A DNA stretch of 64,000 bases from Candidatus Gottesmanbacteria bacterium RIFCSPLOWO2_01_FULL_43_11b (GCA_001780985.1 MFJV01000001.1:300049-364048), one strand, 5' to 3'. Shown: positions 11,581 to 20,160, numbered from the stretch's first letter. Translations and numbers: made by a program. The notes: generated by a model not told the origin, from the sequence alone.

Positions 11581-12122
11581 GGATCGTTTATGAGTGTTCT
11601 TCCTGTATTTGGTGTTGTATTGGTACTACTCCTTCCATAATTACACAATTTTGTCCCGCAGTACAGGTTTTGGTACGCTTGGGGCGTACTGCCGCTTTTT
11701 TGTACATCTGCATCATCGGTATTTTCCAATCGTGCATAGAGCTGGTAGGAATTATTTCCACCACCGACATCATAATAGTACGAGTGAATTGCAATTGGAT
11801 CTTCGGGAAGTTCTACCATGTAGATCGTGTTGTTTTGATCTTTAAATTCCTCTCCCCATTCGCATACTGTTGCCCCGGCTGACCCGCACGCAGTAATCTT
11901 ACCTCCGCTATTATCATTCGGGTATTTACCGGTGTCGTTAAAATAAAGCTCGAGAGCAGAAGTAACATTTTTTATATCCGTTTTCCTTCGGCTATCACGG
12001 CTTTTGGTTTGGGATGATCGGAATGTCCCAAGTCCGAGGGTAATGAGTATCGCCAAAATCAGAATGACGACGATTAACTCTATGAGTGTAAATCCGCGCG
12101 ATTTCAAAAGTTTATTATTCAT
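11577..12122 (-). CDS. Type IV pilin-like protein (start trimmed to the internal Met; the long upstream extension is judged spurious)
   Basis: MNNKLLKSRG|FTLIELIVVILILAILITLGL prepilin motif. ATGA overlap with the downstream pilin gene. The upstream 96 codons of the track ORF (11577..12410) are Ala/Arg-rich and overlap the neighbouring gene. Confidence 0.7.
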   Translation of the reverse strand: MNNKLLKSRGFTLIELIVVILILAILITLGLGTFRSSQTKSRDSRRKTDIKNVTSALELYFNDTGKYPNDNSGGKITACGSAGATVCEWGEEFKDQNNTIYMVELPEDPIAIHSYYYDVGGGNNSYQLYARLENTDDADVQKSGSTPQAYQNLYCGTKLCNYGRSSTNTTPNTGRTLINDP

Positions 12123-12156
12123 AGTTGTTAGTTGTTCGTTGTTTAGTTGTCGGTTA
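12123..12156 (+). repeat. GTTGT-type heptamer array (agttgtt agttgtt cgttgtt tagttgt cggttat) in the 34-nt gap between two pilin genes, directly upstream of start 12122 on the minus strand
   Basis: Same motif family as the arrays at 10657..10705 and 11056..11096. Confidence 0.6.
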
Positions 12157-12882
12157 TTATGGGCACCAGTTGTCTGGATTCCTGCAAGCCTCGACACAGG
12201 TAGCGACATCGTCAAAAGACGCCGGACAGCCACTCTGCTGCGGGTTAGTGTACGTATTGCAGTCACCTCCCGGCGTGCAAGCCAAACTCCCATAATACCC
12301 ACTCGCCGGCGTTGGCGTTGGGCCGCCGCCGCCATCACCACCACCGTCACCACCCGGTGTGGGCGTTGGCGTTGGGCCGCCGCCGCCATCACCACCACCG
12401 CCAGGAACAAACCCTTCTGCTACAACCGAAACACCTACCGAATTACAAAAATTGTATCCCTCCCCCCACCCACATCCCTCGACGGGGTCACAGCCAAGCG
12501 AGGTAATGGCAGGATCGCTCGTGTCTTTGAGGGAAGCGCAGGCGCGGTACCCCAAACAGGGATTTGCTTCCGGCACGTATAAATAGGGCTGTTTCGTAGA
12601 GGGGTCACAAGGAATTTTATCAAGGTATGGAACCAGTGTTGCTGCGCCGCAACTATCGAGAATTCCAGAGTCGGGGTAACACCCCTTGTCATTGTAGTAC
12701 TCTTCAAATGCAGTACGTATTGCATTAAGGTCGCTTTTTCGCTTCGCATCATAGCCCCTATCAATTTGTCGTTTCCAGTTAAAAAGGGCAACGACGGTAA
12801 ACAGAACCAGGATAATCGCAATTGCGATCAGGAGTTCTGCCATCGTCCACCCCTGCCTGCCGGCAGGCTGGCCTTCTTTCAT
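12157..12882 (-). CDS. Type IV pilin-like protein with Gly/Asp and Pro/Thr low-complexity repeats (start trimmed to Met16 of the track ORF 12157..12927)
   Basis: MKEGQPAGRQG|WTMAELLIAIAIILVLFTVVALF with E+5. Internal GGGGDGGGGPTPTPTPGGDGGGDGGGGPTPTP. Confidence 0.65.
   Translation of the reverse strand: MKEGQPAGRQGWTMAELLIAIAIILVLFTVVALFNWKRQIDRGYDAKRKSDLNAIRTAFEEYYNDKGCYPDSGILDSCGAATLVPYLDKIPCDPSTKQPYLYVPEANPCLGYRACASLKDTSDPAITSLGCDPVEGCGWGEGYNFCNSVGVSVVAEGFVPGGGGDGGGGPTPTPTPGGDGGGDGGGGPTPTPASGYYGSLACTPGGDCNTYTNPQQSGCPASFDDVATCVEACRNPDNWCP
12308..12402 (+). repeat. Direct tandem duplication (~54 nt unit, 1.75 copies) inside the pilin-like gene, encoding GGGG(D)GGGGPTPTPTP
   Basis: ggcgttggcgttgggccgccgccgccatcaccaccaccg occurs twice in tandem. 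Confidence 0.7.
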
Positions 12883-13204
12883 ATAGTTTTTAGTATGACA
12901 TGGATATTGACTCTGTGCAAATATCAATACTACTATAGTATATACAATGCTGCCTCAGAAACGCCTGCTACTTCTGCTATCAGTTATTGTCGTTCTCCTC
13001 TACGTTGGACTCAATGTCGCAATCTATCTCTGAGGCACAACGATCTCTCAAAGCAAATTCGGGAAAGCAGCCACGAATCTTTCCATCATCAAAGAACAAA
13101 AAAAACCACAATCAACACAAACCACTAGGGAAATCCCCTTCACCCCCCAACAAGTTGTCCTCCCAAGTGGCTCTCAAACATACCGTTTTTCCCACGGAAA
13201 AGAC

Positions 13205-13480
13205 GTGATAGGCCCCAAACCTGAAAGTATCACCATCGATCCCCTTACCCCGGAGAAAAACCAGACGCAGACTGTAATCGTTGCAATCAAAGATCCGGTT
13301 GAAAGTGCTGTTGTCGAACTTACCACTGACAATCAAAAAACTCAGCACGATCTTAAAAATAATAACGGAAACTGGGAGGGGGTTTGGACAGTGGACGATA
13401 ATTATGACAACACGAACGCCATGCGGTTAATTTTGAAAAACAAAAGCTATACCTATGATCAAACGTTATACTTTCGATGA
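13205..13480 (+). CDS. Hypothetical small protein (possible beta-sandwich fragment) with a GTG start
   Basis: 91-aa ORF in an otherwise gene-poor ~650-nt stretch. No recognisable family, and it could be a gene remnant. Confidence 0.25.
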   Translation: MIGPKPESITIDPLTPEKNQTQTVIVAIKDPVESAVVELTTDNQKTQHDLKNNNGNWEGVWTVDDNYDNTNAMRLILKNKSYTYDQTLYFR

Positions 13481-13539
13481 GAATTAGGGATTAGGGGGAT
13501 AGTATTTAGTATATAGGGATTAGCATAGAGGAAAACAAT

Positions 13540-13803
13540 ATGCAAAATGAAGATAACGGCAAAATTACAAGCTTTACCCAGCTTATTGCGTGGCAAAGAG
13601 GACACCAGTTAGTACTCAATATCTATAATATGGTGAAGAAATTTCCATCGGAGGAGCGATACGGATTATCGGATCAAATGAGGCGTTGTGCGGTGTCTAT
13701 TACATCGAATCTCGCCGAAGGATTTTCCCGACAGGGCAAAAAAGAAAAAATTCAGTTTTATTTTACTTCACGAGGTTCACTCACACTTCGACGGCACCAT
13801 TGA
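13540..13803 (+). CDS. Four-helix-bundle protein (TIGR02436 family), 3'-truncated relative to the family norm and overlapping the next ORF
   Basis: 87 aa. LIAWQRGHQLVLNIYNMVKKFPSEERYGLSDQMRRCAVSITSNLAEGFSRQGKKEKIQFYFTSRGSL matches helices 1-3 of the family, but the ORF stops about 30-40 aa early (...TLRRHH*). The downstream LamG ORF begins inside it in another frame. Confidence 0.65.
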   Translation: MQNEDNGKITSFTQLIAWQRGHQLVLNIYNMVKKFPSEERYGLSDQMRRCAVSITSNLAEGFSRQGKKEKIQFYFTSRGSLTLRRHH

Positions 13804-15635
13804 CGAGCCTTTCTTTGTTAGAAAATCCCTTGCCTATGAAGAGGCTGCCGAGGCCTACCGCGCCGGGCGCGACCACTACCTAAATAAAACCATTTCCTCA
13901 ACCGATTTATCCGGTAAACAAACGCTACCCTTCTACGTCGCCGCAGACCGGCCGGGAACGTATCTCGAGGCCACCGTCGGCGAGAACGCCTTTGCCAACT
14001 ACCAGCCTGATTCCAACACGGTTGGCTTATGGCACCTTGCCGAGCAATCCGGTTCGGGGGAATACATCAAAGATAGTTCCGGTAATTCCAATCATGGAAC
14101 TCCAACAGGAACTACTTTTACCCAAGGTAAAATTGGCAAAGGGAGAAATTTTGCGGGATCTTCAAGCCACTGGATCGGAATTAATTCTCCAACTTCCGGG
14201 ATTACTGCTGGCGGAGTAAAAACCGTTAGCGCGTGGATAAATACATCGTTGGCTACAGACGAAGTTATATTTAACGCATATGATGGAACGAATGGTTACC
14301 AAATTTATGTAGGCGGAGGGGCTTTTTACAGTTGGAGTAATGGTGGCGCAACTCTAAGTTCTTCTACTGTAGTTAATGATGGAAAATGGCACTATGTAGT
14401 AGCTGTTTTGGGATGGAACAGACGCTTATTTATATGTTGATGGAGTCCAGAGAAACTCGGGAGCCAGAACAATTTCGACAAGCACAACACCTCAAGCCCA
14501 AATAGGTACACAATGTACAGGATCTTGCCCCACCGGCCAAGCGGTTAATTTTAACGGTACTATTGATGAAGTCAGAGTTGACAATACCGCCCGCACTGCA
14601 GATGAAATCCGGCAGGCGTATGAGGTCGGGAAACGAACCCATCCGGTGACGATTGATTTTGGAGCAAAACTCGATAGTGGCGATGATTTAAGCGATCTCT
14701 CATTTACGATTGATGCCACCTATTACGGACTTAACAGTAAAGGCAGTAATTTGTATAAAGGCGATAAAATCATAGTCCGGGAAAACGTCGACGGTACCGA
14801 ATATATCTCCCAGGGAACGGTAACGGCGGTGACGGCCTCAACCGGTGCAGTAACTGTTGCTGCCTGGGATTCAGGATCCACCGTCCCCTCCGGCGGATTT
14901 ACCGTAAACGCATCAGTATTCAAATGGCAGCGGGAATACTTTGATCCCACCGGATCGCTGTCTACCCACCGCGATGCAATAACTAATCTCACATTCAGGT
15001 TAACCGATGGCGCCGAAGGCCGGACCATCTGGCTTGATGATCTCAAAAGCAGCGGCGGGTATCTTACCACACCAGAAGGATCAACGATCGCTTCTTCTTT
15101 AGACAATCAGTATTTCCAGTACCGAATTGTCGAGATGACCAATGACACAGCGGTTTCGGCAAGCCTAACTTCGTTAACGGGTGGCTATGGTTCCTTGGGT
15201 ATACCGATTTCGGGTAATTATATTTATACCACTACTTCGGCTAACACGAGTGATTTTATAACACGCTACGTTGACATCAACGATCCCACTACCCCCCGTT
15301 ATGTTTTGGGGGTAGACAACGGCGCGGACGAGGACGCCGACAATACGGCCAATTTTGAAGTCCAAAGCGGTGCTTTAACCATAAATGCAAGTGACACTTT
15401 AGTGGCGGGGACTATGACTCTGACCGGAGGCTCGGTGGCCATTGCCAACGGCGGCCAGATCGTCATCGGGCAAAAGTTATGGACGGTCGACCAGGATGTC
15501 GACGGCTGGTCGTTGAACCGAAGGTTGGGGTACGGTAGTAAACCAACCAACGGACGGCGTAAAAATTTGATGGCCAGCTTTGGCGCAAATGACTGCGACG
15601 ATACGGTAAACAGTTCAACCAACACCTGTCAGTGA
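13688..15635 (+). pseudogene. LamG/ConA-like lectin-domain protein with C-terminal DxDxDG...CDD metal-binding-type motif, interrupted by a 1-nt frameshift at a GGG run (~14409-14411); the track splits it into ORFs 13688..14440 and 14646..15635
   Basis: Frame A carries GLWHLAEQSGSGEYIKDSSGNSNHGT...KWHYVVAVLG then a stop. Frame B opens at 14403 and continues DGTDAYLYVDGVQRN...FNGTIDEVRVDNTARTADEIRQAYEVG, the canonical end of a LamG_3 domain. Deleting one G restores ...VAVLDGTDAYLYVDGV. No internal Met in the first segment except M1, which lies inside the upstream 4HB gene. Confidence 0.5.
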
Positions 15636-15655
15636 AGTGATGTTATTGAAAAATC

Positions 15656-15814
15656 TCCTGGGCGGTTGACCAGGACGCTGACGGCCACTCTTTAGACCGC
15701 CGGCTCTGGTACGGTGACCAGCCAACAAACGGCAGACGTAAAAACTTGATGACCAGCTTTGCCGTTGCCGACTGCAACGACACGATCTATGATACCTCCA
15801 ACCTCTGCCAGTAG
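15656..15814 (+). repeat. Promoterless, start-less, diverged (~70% identical) duplicate of the last ~50 codons of the LamG gene, including the DQD(A/V)DG(H/W)S...CNDT motif and its own stop
   Basis: Translation AVDQDADGHSLDRRLWYGDQPTNGRRKNLMTSFAVADCNDTIYDTSNLCQ* compares with the gene end TVDQDVDGWSLNRRLGYGSKPTNGRRKNLMASFGANDCDDTVNSSTNTCQ*. It lies in a different frame, with a stop 7 codons upstream and no ATG. Confidence 0.7.
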
Positions 15815-15842
15815 TTCAGGTATGTGATACAATAAATGTACT

Positions 15843-16052
15843 ATGCCGCTTGTTTGGGATTATCCGAAAGCTAAACTCACGAGATCCCGCCGCGGTTCCG
15901 TACTACTTCTTGAGCGATTGATTAATTTTGGACCGGGAAAAGGAGAAAAAATTCACCTGCGGAAAGTAAAAGAACACTGGGGGGCCCTCCGCTTGTTTCC
16001 GAACAAACGGCGGCTCATGGAGCTTTTCTTATGGGGAAAGCCACAATCTTAA
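15843..16052 (+). CDS. Small hypothetical protein directly upstream of and overlapping an AbiEii toxin gene; possibly a truncated or remnant AbiEi-type antitoxin
   Basis: 69 aa. Overlaps 16031 ORF by 22 nt. No confident family match from sequence alone. Confidence 0.3.
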   Translation: MPLVWDYPKAKLTRSRRGSVLLLERLINFGPGKGEKIHLRKVKEHWGALRLFPNKRRLMELFLWGKPQS

Positions 16053-16693
16053 CACCGAGACAAACTGAGCTCATACGGGCACTTTGCGCAGACACATTTT
16101 TCACCGACACGTTTTATTTTACCGGAGGAACTGCGCTTTCAGAGGTGTATCTCAAGCATCGCAAAAGCGAAGATCTGGATTTTTTTTCCGCCCGCACGTA
16201 TGATCCCCAACGAATTCTCCACGCGTTAACGCGGTGGTCCAAAACACAAAGATTTTCTATCAAAACGGACTTTGTCGAGCCTACGCATATCTACGTGCTG
16301 ACATACCCCGATGGCCACGCTGTCAAAGTGGACTTTGCTACATATCCCTACCCAAGCCTCGATACGCCAAGCCGGTATCGGGATACCTTGTCCGTGGACA
16401 GCCTGTTTGATATTGCCGTCAACAAACTCGTAACCATTACCCAACGCACGGAGGTGAAAGATTTTGTAGATCTTTATTTTCTATTCCGGCAGTTTACATT
16501 TTGGACCCTCCGGGACGGCGTTAAAACCAAATTTAATATCGAGATAGATCCATATGGAGTTGCCTCAAATTTCATGGCTGTAGAAGACTTTGATTTCCTT
16601 CCGATCATGCATACCCCATTGACCCTACAGGCGCTCAAAATGTTTTTCCGGACCAAGGCAAAAGATCTGGGGAAAAAGAGCATCGCCCCTTGA
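16031..16693 (+). CDS. abiEii: AbiEii / AbiGii-family nucleotidyltransferase toxin (type IV TA system, DUF1814)
   Basis: FYFTGGTALSEVYLKHRKSEDLDFFS matches the GGTAL...RxSxDLDF nucleotidyltransferase signature of the family. Confidence 0.75.
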   Translation: MGKATILTPRQTELIRALCADTFFTDTFYFTGGTALSEVYLKHRKSEDLDFFSARTYDPQRILHALTRWSKTQRFSIKTDFVEPTHIYVLTYPDGHAVKVDFATYPYPSLDTPSRYRDTLSVDSLFDIAVNKLVTITQRTEVKDFVDLYFLFRQFTFWTLRDGVKTKFNIEIDPYGVASNFMAVEDFDFLPIMHTPLTLQALKMFFRTKAKDLGKKSIAP

Positions 16694-16726
16694 CATACAA
16701 AGAATGTTATATTATCCTGTACATAT

Positions 16727-17263
16727 ATGTACAAGATAGATATACTCCTGAAGCAAAAAAATCGTTTATTTCATACCAGGGACCTCGGCCTTTTGTGGCA
16801 GATACAAAATACAAATACACTCTACACCCAAATCAAACGCTACACAGCCAAAGGCATACTTATTCCGGTCCAAAAAGGACTGTATACCACCGTCCCCGTA
16901 ACCCAACTGCATCCGTTTGCGCTTGGCGCGGCTGCCCTGCACCGTTATTGCTATATAAGTTGTGAGTATGTGTTGGGTCAGGCAGGCATTATATTCCAGG
17001 CCGGTCAATCCGTCACGTTTGTTTCATCTGTTTCACGTAAATTCACGCTTGGTGGTCATGAGTTTTTTGTAAGACAGCTGGCAGATCAATTTCTCTTTAA
17101 TGATGCCGGTATTCAAAAAGATGACGACGGCATATCTATCGCCTCCCCCCAGCGCGCAGTTGCCGATCTTTTATACTTTAATCCTCACGCTCATTTTGAT
17201 AACCGACGCGCATTAGATTGGACAAATGTGCGCGACATACAAAAGAAAGTGGGGTATCTATGA
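16727..17263 (+). CDS. abiEi: AbiEi-family antitoxin / transcriptional regulator (type IV TA system)
   Basis: N-terminal LFHTRDLGLLWQIQNTNTLYTQIKRYTAKGILIPVQKGLYT matches the AbiEi_4 winged-helix pattern (F...DL......N....L.RL...G.L..I.RGLY). Its stop overlaps the next gene as ATGA. Confidence 0.75.
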   Translation: MYKIDILLKQKNRLFHTRDLGLLWQIQNTNTLYTQIKRYTAKGILIPVQKGLYTTVPVTQLHPFALGAAALHRYCYISCEYVLGQAGIIFQAGQSVTFVSSVSRKFTLGGHEFFVRQLADQFLFNDAGIQKDDDGISIASPQRAVADLLYFNPHAHFDNRRALDWTNVRDIQKKVGYL

Positions 17264-18009
17264 TACTTCCGTATCCCAAAGACGCGCTCCATAAAGCCAT
17301 GCTCTACCGGCTCCTCATTGGTCTGTTGGATGCCAAAGATGTGGCAAGAGAGATATTTTTCAAAGGCGGTACCTGTGCTGCTATGCTTGAGTGGCTGGAT
17401 CGGTTCTCCATCGATTTGGACTTTGATCTTTCCCGAAATGCAGACAGGCCCAAGCTGAAACGGCTCCTGAAACGTATATTTAACGCCAATGGATTTCGTG
17501 TTGCCGAAGAAGCCAAAAACGAGCTCTATTTTATTCTGAAATACCAAGCACCACCGGGTACACGAAATAACTTGAAGCTGAGCATTATTGATCTTCCGGT
17601 TCGCGCGAATGTGTACCAGCCACAGTATCTTTCGGATATCGCGCGTTTCGCTGTGTGCCAAACCGTCGAAACCATGTTTGCCAATAAACTCATCGCTGTC
17701 ACCGACCGGTTTAAGAAATATCACACCATCGCTGGAAGAGACATTTATGATATACACTATTTTTTTACCCAAGGATATGGATATAATCAGGAAGTTATTA
17801 CGGAGAGGACGGGAGTGTCGCCAGCCGTATATCTACGTGAGCTTAGCGAATTTATCCGTCAAAAAATAACGGAAAGAATTATTAGTGAGGACCTGAGTTA
17901 CCTCCTGCCGCCTACAAAATTTCAAGTGGCGCGGCGCACACTAAAATCAGAAGTCCTTATCTTTCTTCAGTCCGCAAAATCCCACGCGCCGTTGATACAA
18001 CAAGCCTAA
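17260..18009 (+). CDS. abiEii: AbiEii-family nucleotidyltransferase toxin (start at the internal Met overlapping the AbiEi stop)
   Basis: FFKGGTCAAMLEWLDRFSIDLDFD signature. ATGA overlap with 16727..17263. Confidence 0.75.
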   Translation: MILPYPKDALHKAMLYRLLIGLLDAKDVAREIFFKGGTCAAMLEWLDRFSIDLDFDLSRNADRPKLKRLLKRIFNANGFRVAEEAKNELYFILKYQAPPGTRNNLKLSIIDLPVRANVYQPQYLSDIARFAVCQTVETMFANKLIAVTDRFKKYHTIAGRDIYDIHYFFTQGYGYNQEVITERTGVSPAVYLRELSEFIRQKITERIISEDLSYLLPPTKFQVARRTLKSEVLIFLQSAKSHAPLIQQA

Positions 18010-19102
18010 CGTCCGACTTTGTTAAATCCGGATAAATAGGAAGACGAACGAGTGTCGCCGCAACATCATCGGTCACTGGCAGTTTCCTTTTGTTCCCCCC
18101 AAGCTTTTTTCCCATCGGAGAGCTATGTAAAGGAACAAAATGCGTGCTCACCTCTATTCCCTTTTTTCGCATACCCACAACAAACATTTTTCGATGAGTT
18201 GGATTTTTGAATTTTATTGCGTAAATATGCCAGTTTGGATTTGTCATACCTTTTGGAATACCGGGTAGTTGGATAAAATCACTATATTTATGTAGTTCTT
18301 TTGTATAAAAAGATGCAATACGAGTTCTTTTTTTATTTATGTAATTAATTTGATCAAGTTGTACATTAGCTAATGCTGCAAGAAGATCAGAGAGAAGGTA
18401 ACTACTCCCCTCGCCCACCCAGCGGTAAATCGGCACTTTTCCTGCTAAAAACGCTTGCCGGTCGGTTCCAACTGCGCGGAATATTTCCAGTTTATCGGCA
18501 AGTTTTCTATCATTGGTAACCATTGCTCCTCCCTCTCCTGTTGCTACATTTTTTGTGCCGTGGAAAGAAAATGCGCCGGCATTGCCGAATGTTCCCAGAT
18601 GTCTTCCTTTATAATACGAACCTATACAATGGGCTGCATCTTCAATGATCCAAAGTCTATGAGCACGTGCAAGTTTCAAAAGTTTTTCAAAATTCTCCGA
18701 TGCAAATCCACCATAATGTTCCGTGATGATACCAACGGTTCGCTTTGTAATTACCTTTGCCACATCTATTGGATCTAAACAATACGTTATTGGATCAATG
18801 TCAGCAAAAACCGGTTTGGCGCCCCGGATCATTACTGCTGTTGCAGTTGAGGATAGAGTAAAACTTGGAACAATAACCTCATCGCCGGTTTTTGCCCCCA
18901 GACAGGCGACAGTGGCTTCCATTGCGTGGGTTGCTGATGTTGCCGGCATGGCAAATTTTGCACCGGTAATCCTTTTTAATTTCTCCCGCATTCGGACACT
19001 TTCGGGGCCATCTGCAACACCGGTTCCGGTCCTCATTGCTTTAACAATTGCCCGCTCTGCGGATATTCCCCAATATGGTTTATGAAGTGGAATACGTGTC
19101 AT
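17957..19102 (-). CDS. DegT/DnrJ/EryC1/StrS-family PLP-dependent sugar aminotransferase (WbpE/ArnB/PseC-like)
   Basis: 381 aa. FSFHGTKNVATGEGGAMV (PLP-lysine region). DAAHCIGSYYKG. Confidence 0.9.
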   Translation of the reverse strand: MTRIPLHKPYWGISAERAIVKAMRTGTGVADGPESVRMREKLKRITGAKFAMPATSATHAMEATVACLGAKTGDEVIVPSFTLSSTATAVMIRGAKPVFADIDPITYCLDPIDVAKVITKRTVGIITEHYGGFASENFEKLLKLARAHRLWIIEDAAHCIGSYYKGRHLGTFGNAGAFSFHGTKNVATGEGGAMVTNDRKLADKLEIFRAVGTDRQAFLAGKVPIYRWVGEGSSYLLSDLLAALANVQLDQINYINKKRTRIASFYTKELHKYSDFIQLPGIPKGMTNPNWHIYAIKFKNPTHRKMFVVGMRKKGIEVSTHFVPLHSSPMGKKLGGNKRKLPVTDDVAATLVRLPIYPDLTKSDVRLVVSTARGILRTEER

Positions 19103-19152
19103 AAGCTCAAGTACTCTTGCAAATTATACCTTCTTCCTGTAAGGTTGTCTCG

Positions 19153-20160
19153 ATGACACGCATAGGGCTTATCGGATATGGGTACTGGGGACCAAATCTG
19201 GCGAGAAACTTTAGCGCACACCCGAATGTACAGCTTACATGGATTTGCGACATGCGTAAACATGTACTCTCAAAACTGCCGCTCCTCTACCCAATGACCA
19301 AAACCACAACCCGCGCATCCGATGTTTTTTCAGATCCCGATACCGATGCGGTCGTCGTCGCAACACCGATTTCTACACATGTACCCCTCGCCAGAGCGGC
19401 ACTACGAGCTCGCAAGCACGTACTTGTTGAAAAACCGCTTGCTCCAACCGGAAAAGATGCAAAAATGCTGGTAACACTTGCACGAAAGAAAAGAAAAATC
19501 CTCATGGTTGATCATACATATATCTACACTCCGGCAGTACAGAAAATAAAAGAGATTATCGCCTCCGGAGAACTTGGGAAAGTATTTTTCATAGACTCTG
19601 TTCGAACCAATTTAGGACTTGTTCAAGCCGATAGTAATGTTATCTTCGATCTTGCAACACATGATTTTGCTATTTTGGATTTTCTTTTTGGCAAAAATCC
19701 GACAGTTGTTTCTGCAACCGGATTTTCAGTGGGCGGAACACGTGAAGAGGCAGTTGCATACGTCTCAGCTCGATATGGTAAGGAGCTCTTCCTCCACACA
19801 CATGTCAGCTGGCTATACCCGATAAAGATTCGTACCATGATATTTGTCGGTACGAAAAAAATGCTGGTATTTGATGATGTGGAGCCTTCAGAAAAAATTA
19901 AAATTTACGATAAAGGAATATCAGTAAGTCTTGACCCGAAAAACCGCTACCAAATGCGTGTAGGTTACAGAACAGGCTCTGTTGTTTCTCCCCACCTCCC
20001 TCTCACAGAGGCTCTCTCCGGTATGGCAAAAGAATTTATTCGTGCAATTGAAAAAAACAGGAAACCGACCACCGATGGCACAAGCGGTACGAATGTCGTC
20101 TCTGCAATCGAAGCTGCAACCAAATCTCTTCGTACTGGCGGCAAACACATCCGATTATGA
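19153..20160 (+). CDS. Gfo/Idh/MocA-family NAD-dependent sugar oxidoreductase (WbpB-like UDP-sugar 3-dehydrogenase candidate)
   Basis: MTRIGLIGYGYWGPNLARNF Rossmann N-terminus. Start trimmed to Met13 of the track ORF 19117..20160. Divergent from the aminotransferase gene. Confidence 0.85.
   Translation: MTRIGLIGYGYWGPNLARNFSAHPNVQLTWICDMRKHVLSKLPLLYPMTKTTTRASDVFSDPDTDAVVVATPISTHVPLARAALRARKHVLVEKPLAPTGKDAKMLVTLARKKRKILMVDHTYIYTPAVQKIKEIIASGELGKVFFIDSVRTNLGLVQADSNVIFDLATHDFAILDFLFGKNPTVVSATGFSVGGTREEAVAYVSARYGKELFLHTHVSWLYPIKIRTMIFVGTKKMLVFDDVEPSEKIKIYDKGISVSLDPKNRYQMRVGYRTGSVVSPHLPLTEALSGMAKEFIRAIEKNRKPTTDGTSGTNVVSAIEAATKSLRTGGKHIRL

Noticed and set aside
10657-12156. CRISPR array
   Set aside because: Repeat units are 7 nt with no spacers. 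They are simple heptamer tandem arrays, not 25-50-nt repeats separated by unique spacers, and no cas genes are present.
12004-12582. 192-aa plus-strand ORF and other ORFs antisense to the pilin genes (e.g. 12312..12506, 12359..12586)
   Set aside because: They overlap the well-supported minus-strand pilin genes and are produced by the GGC/GCC-rich tandem duplication. No homology.
15470-15814. Diversity-generating retroelement (TR/VR pair next to an Avd-like 4HB gene)
   Set aside because: Mismatches between the two copies are not adenine-specific in either direction, and no reverse transcriptase gene is present in the window.
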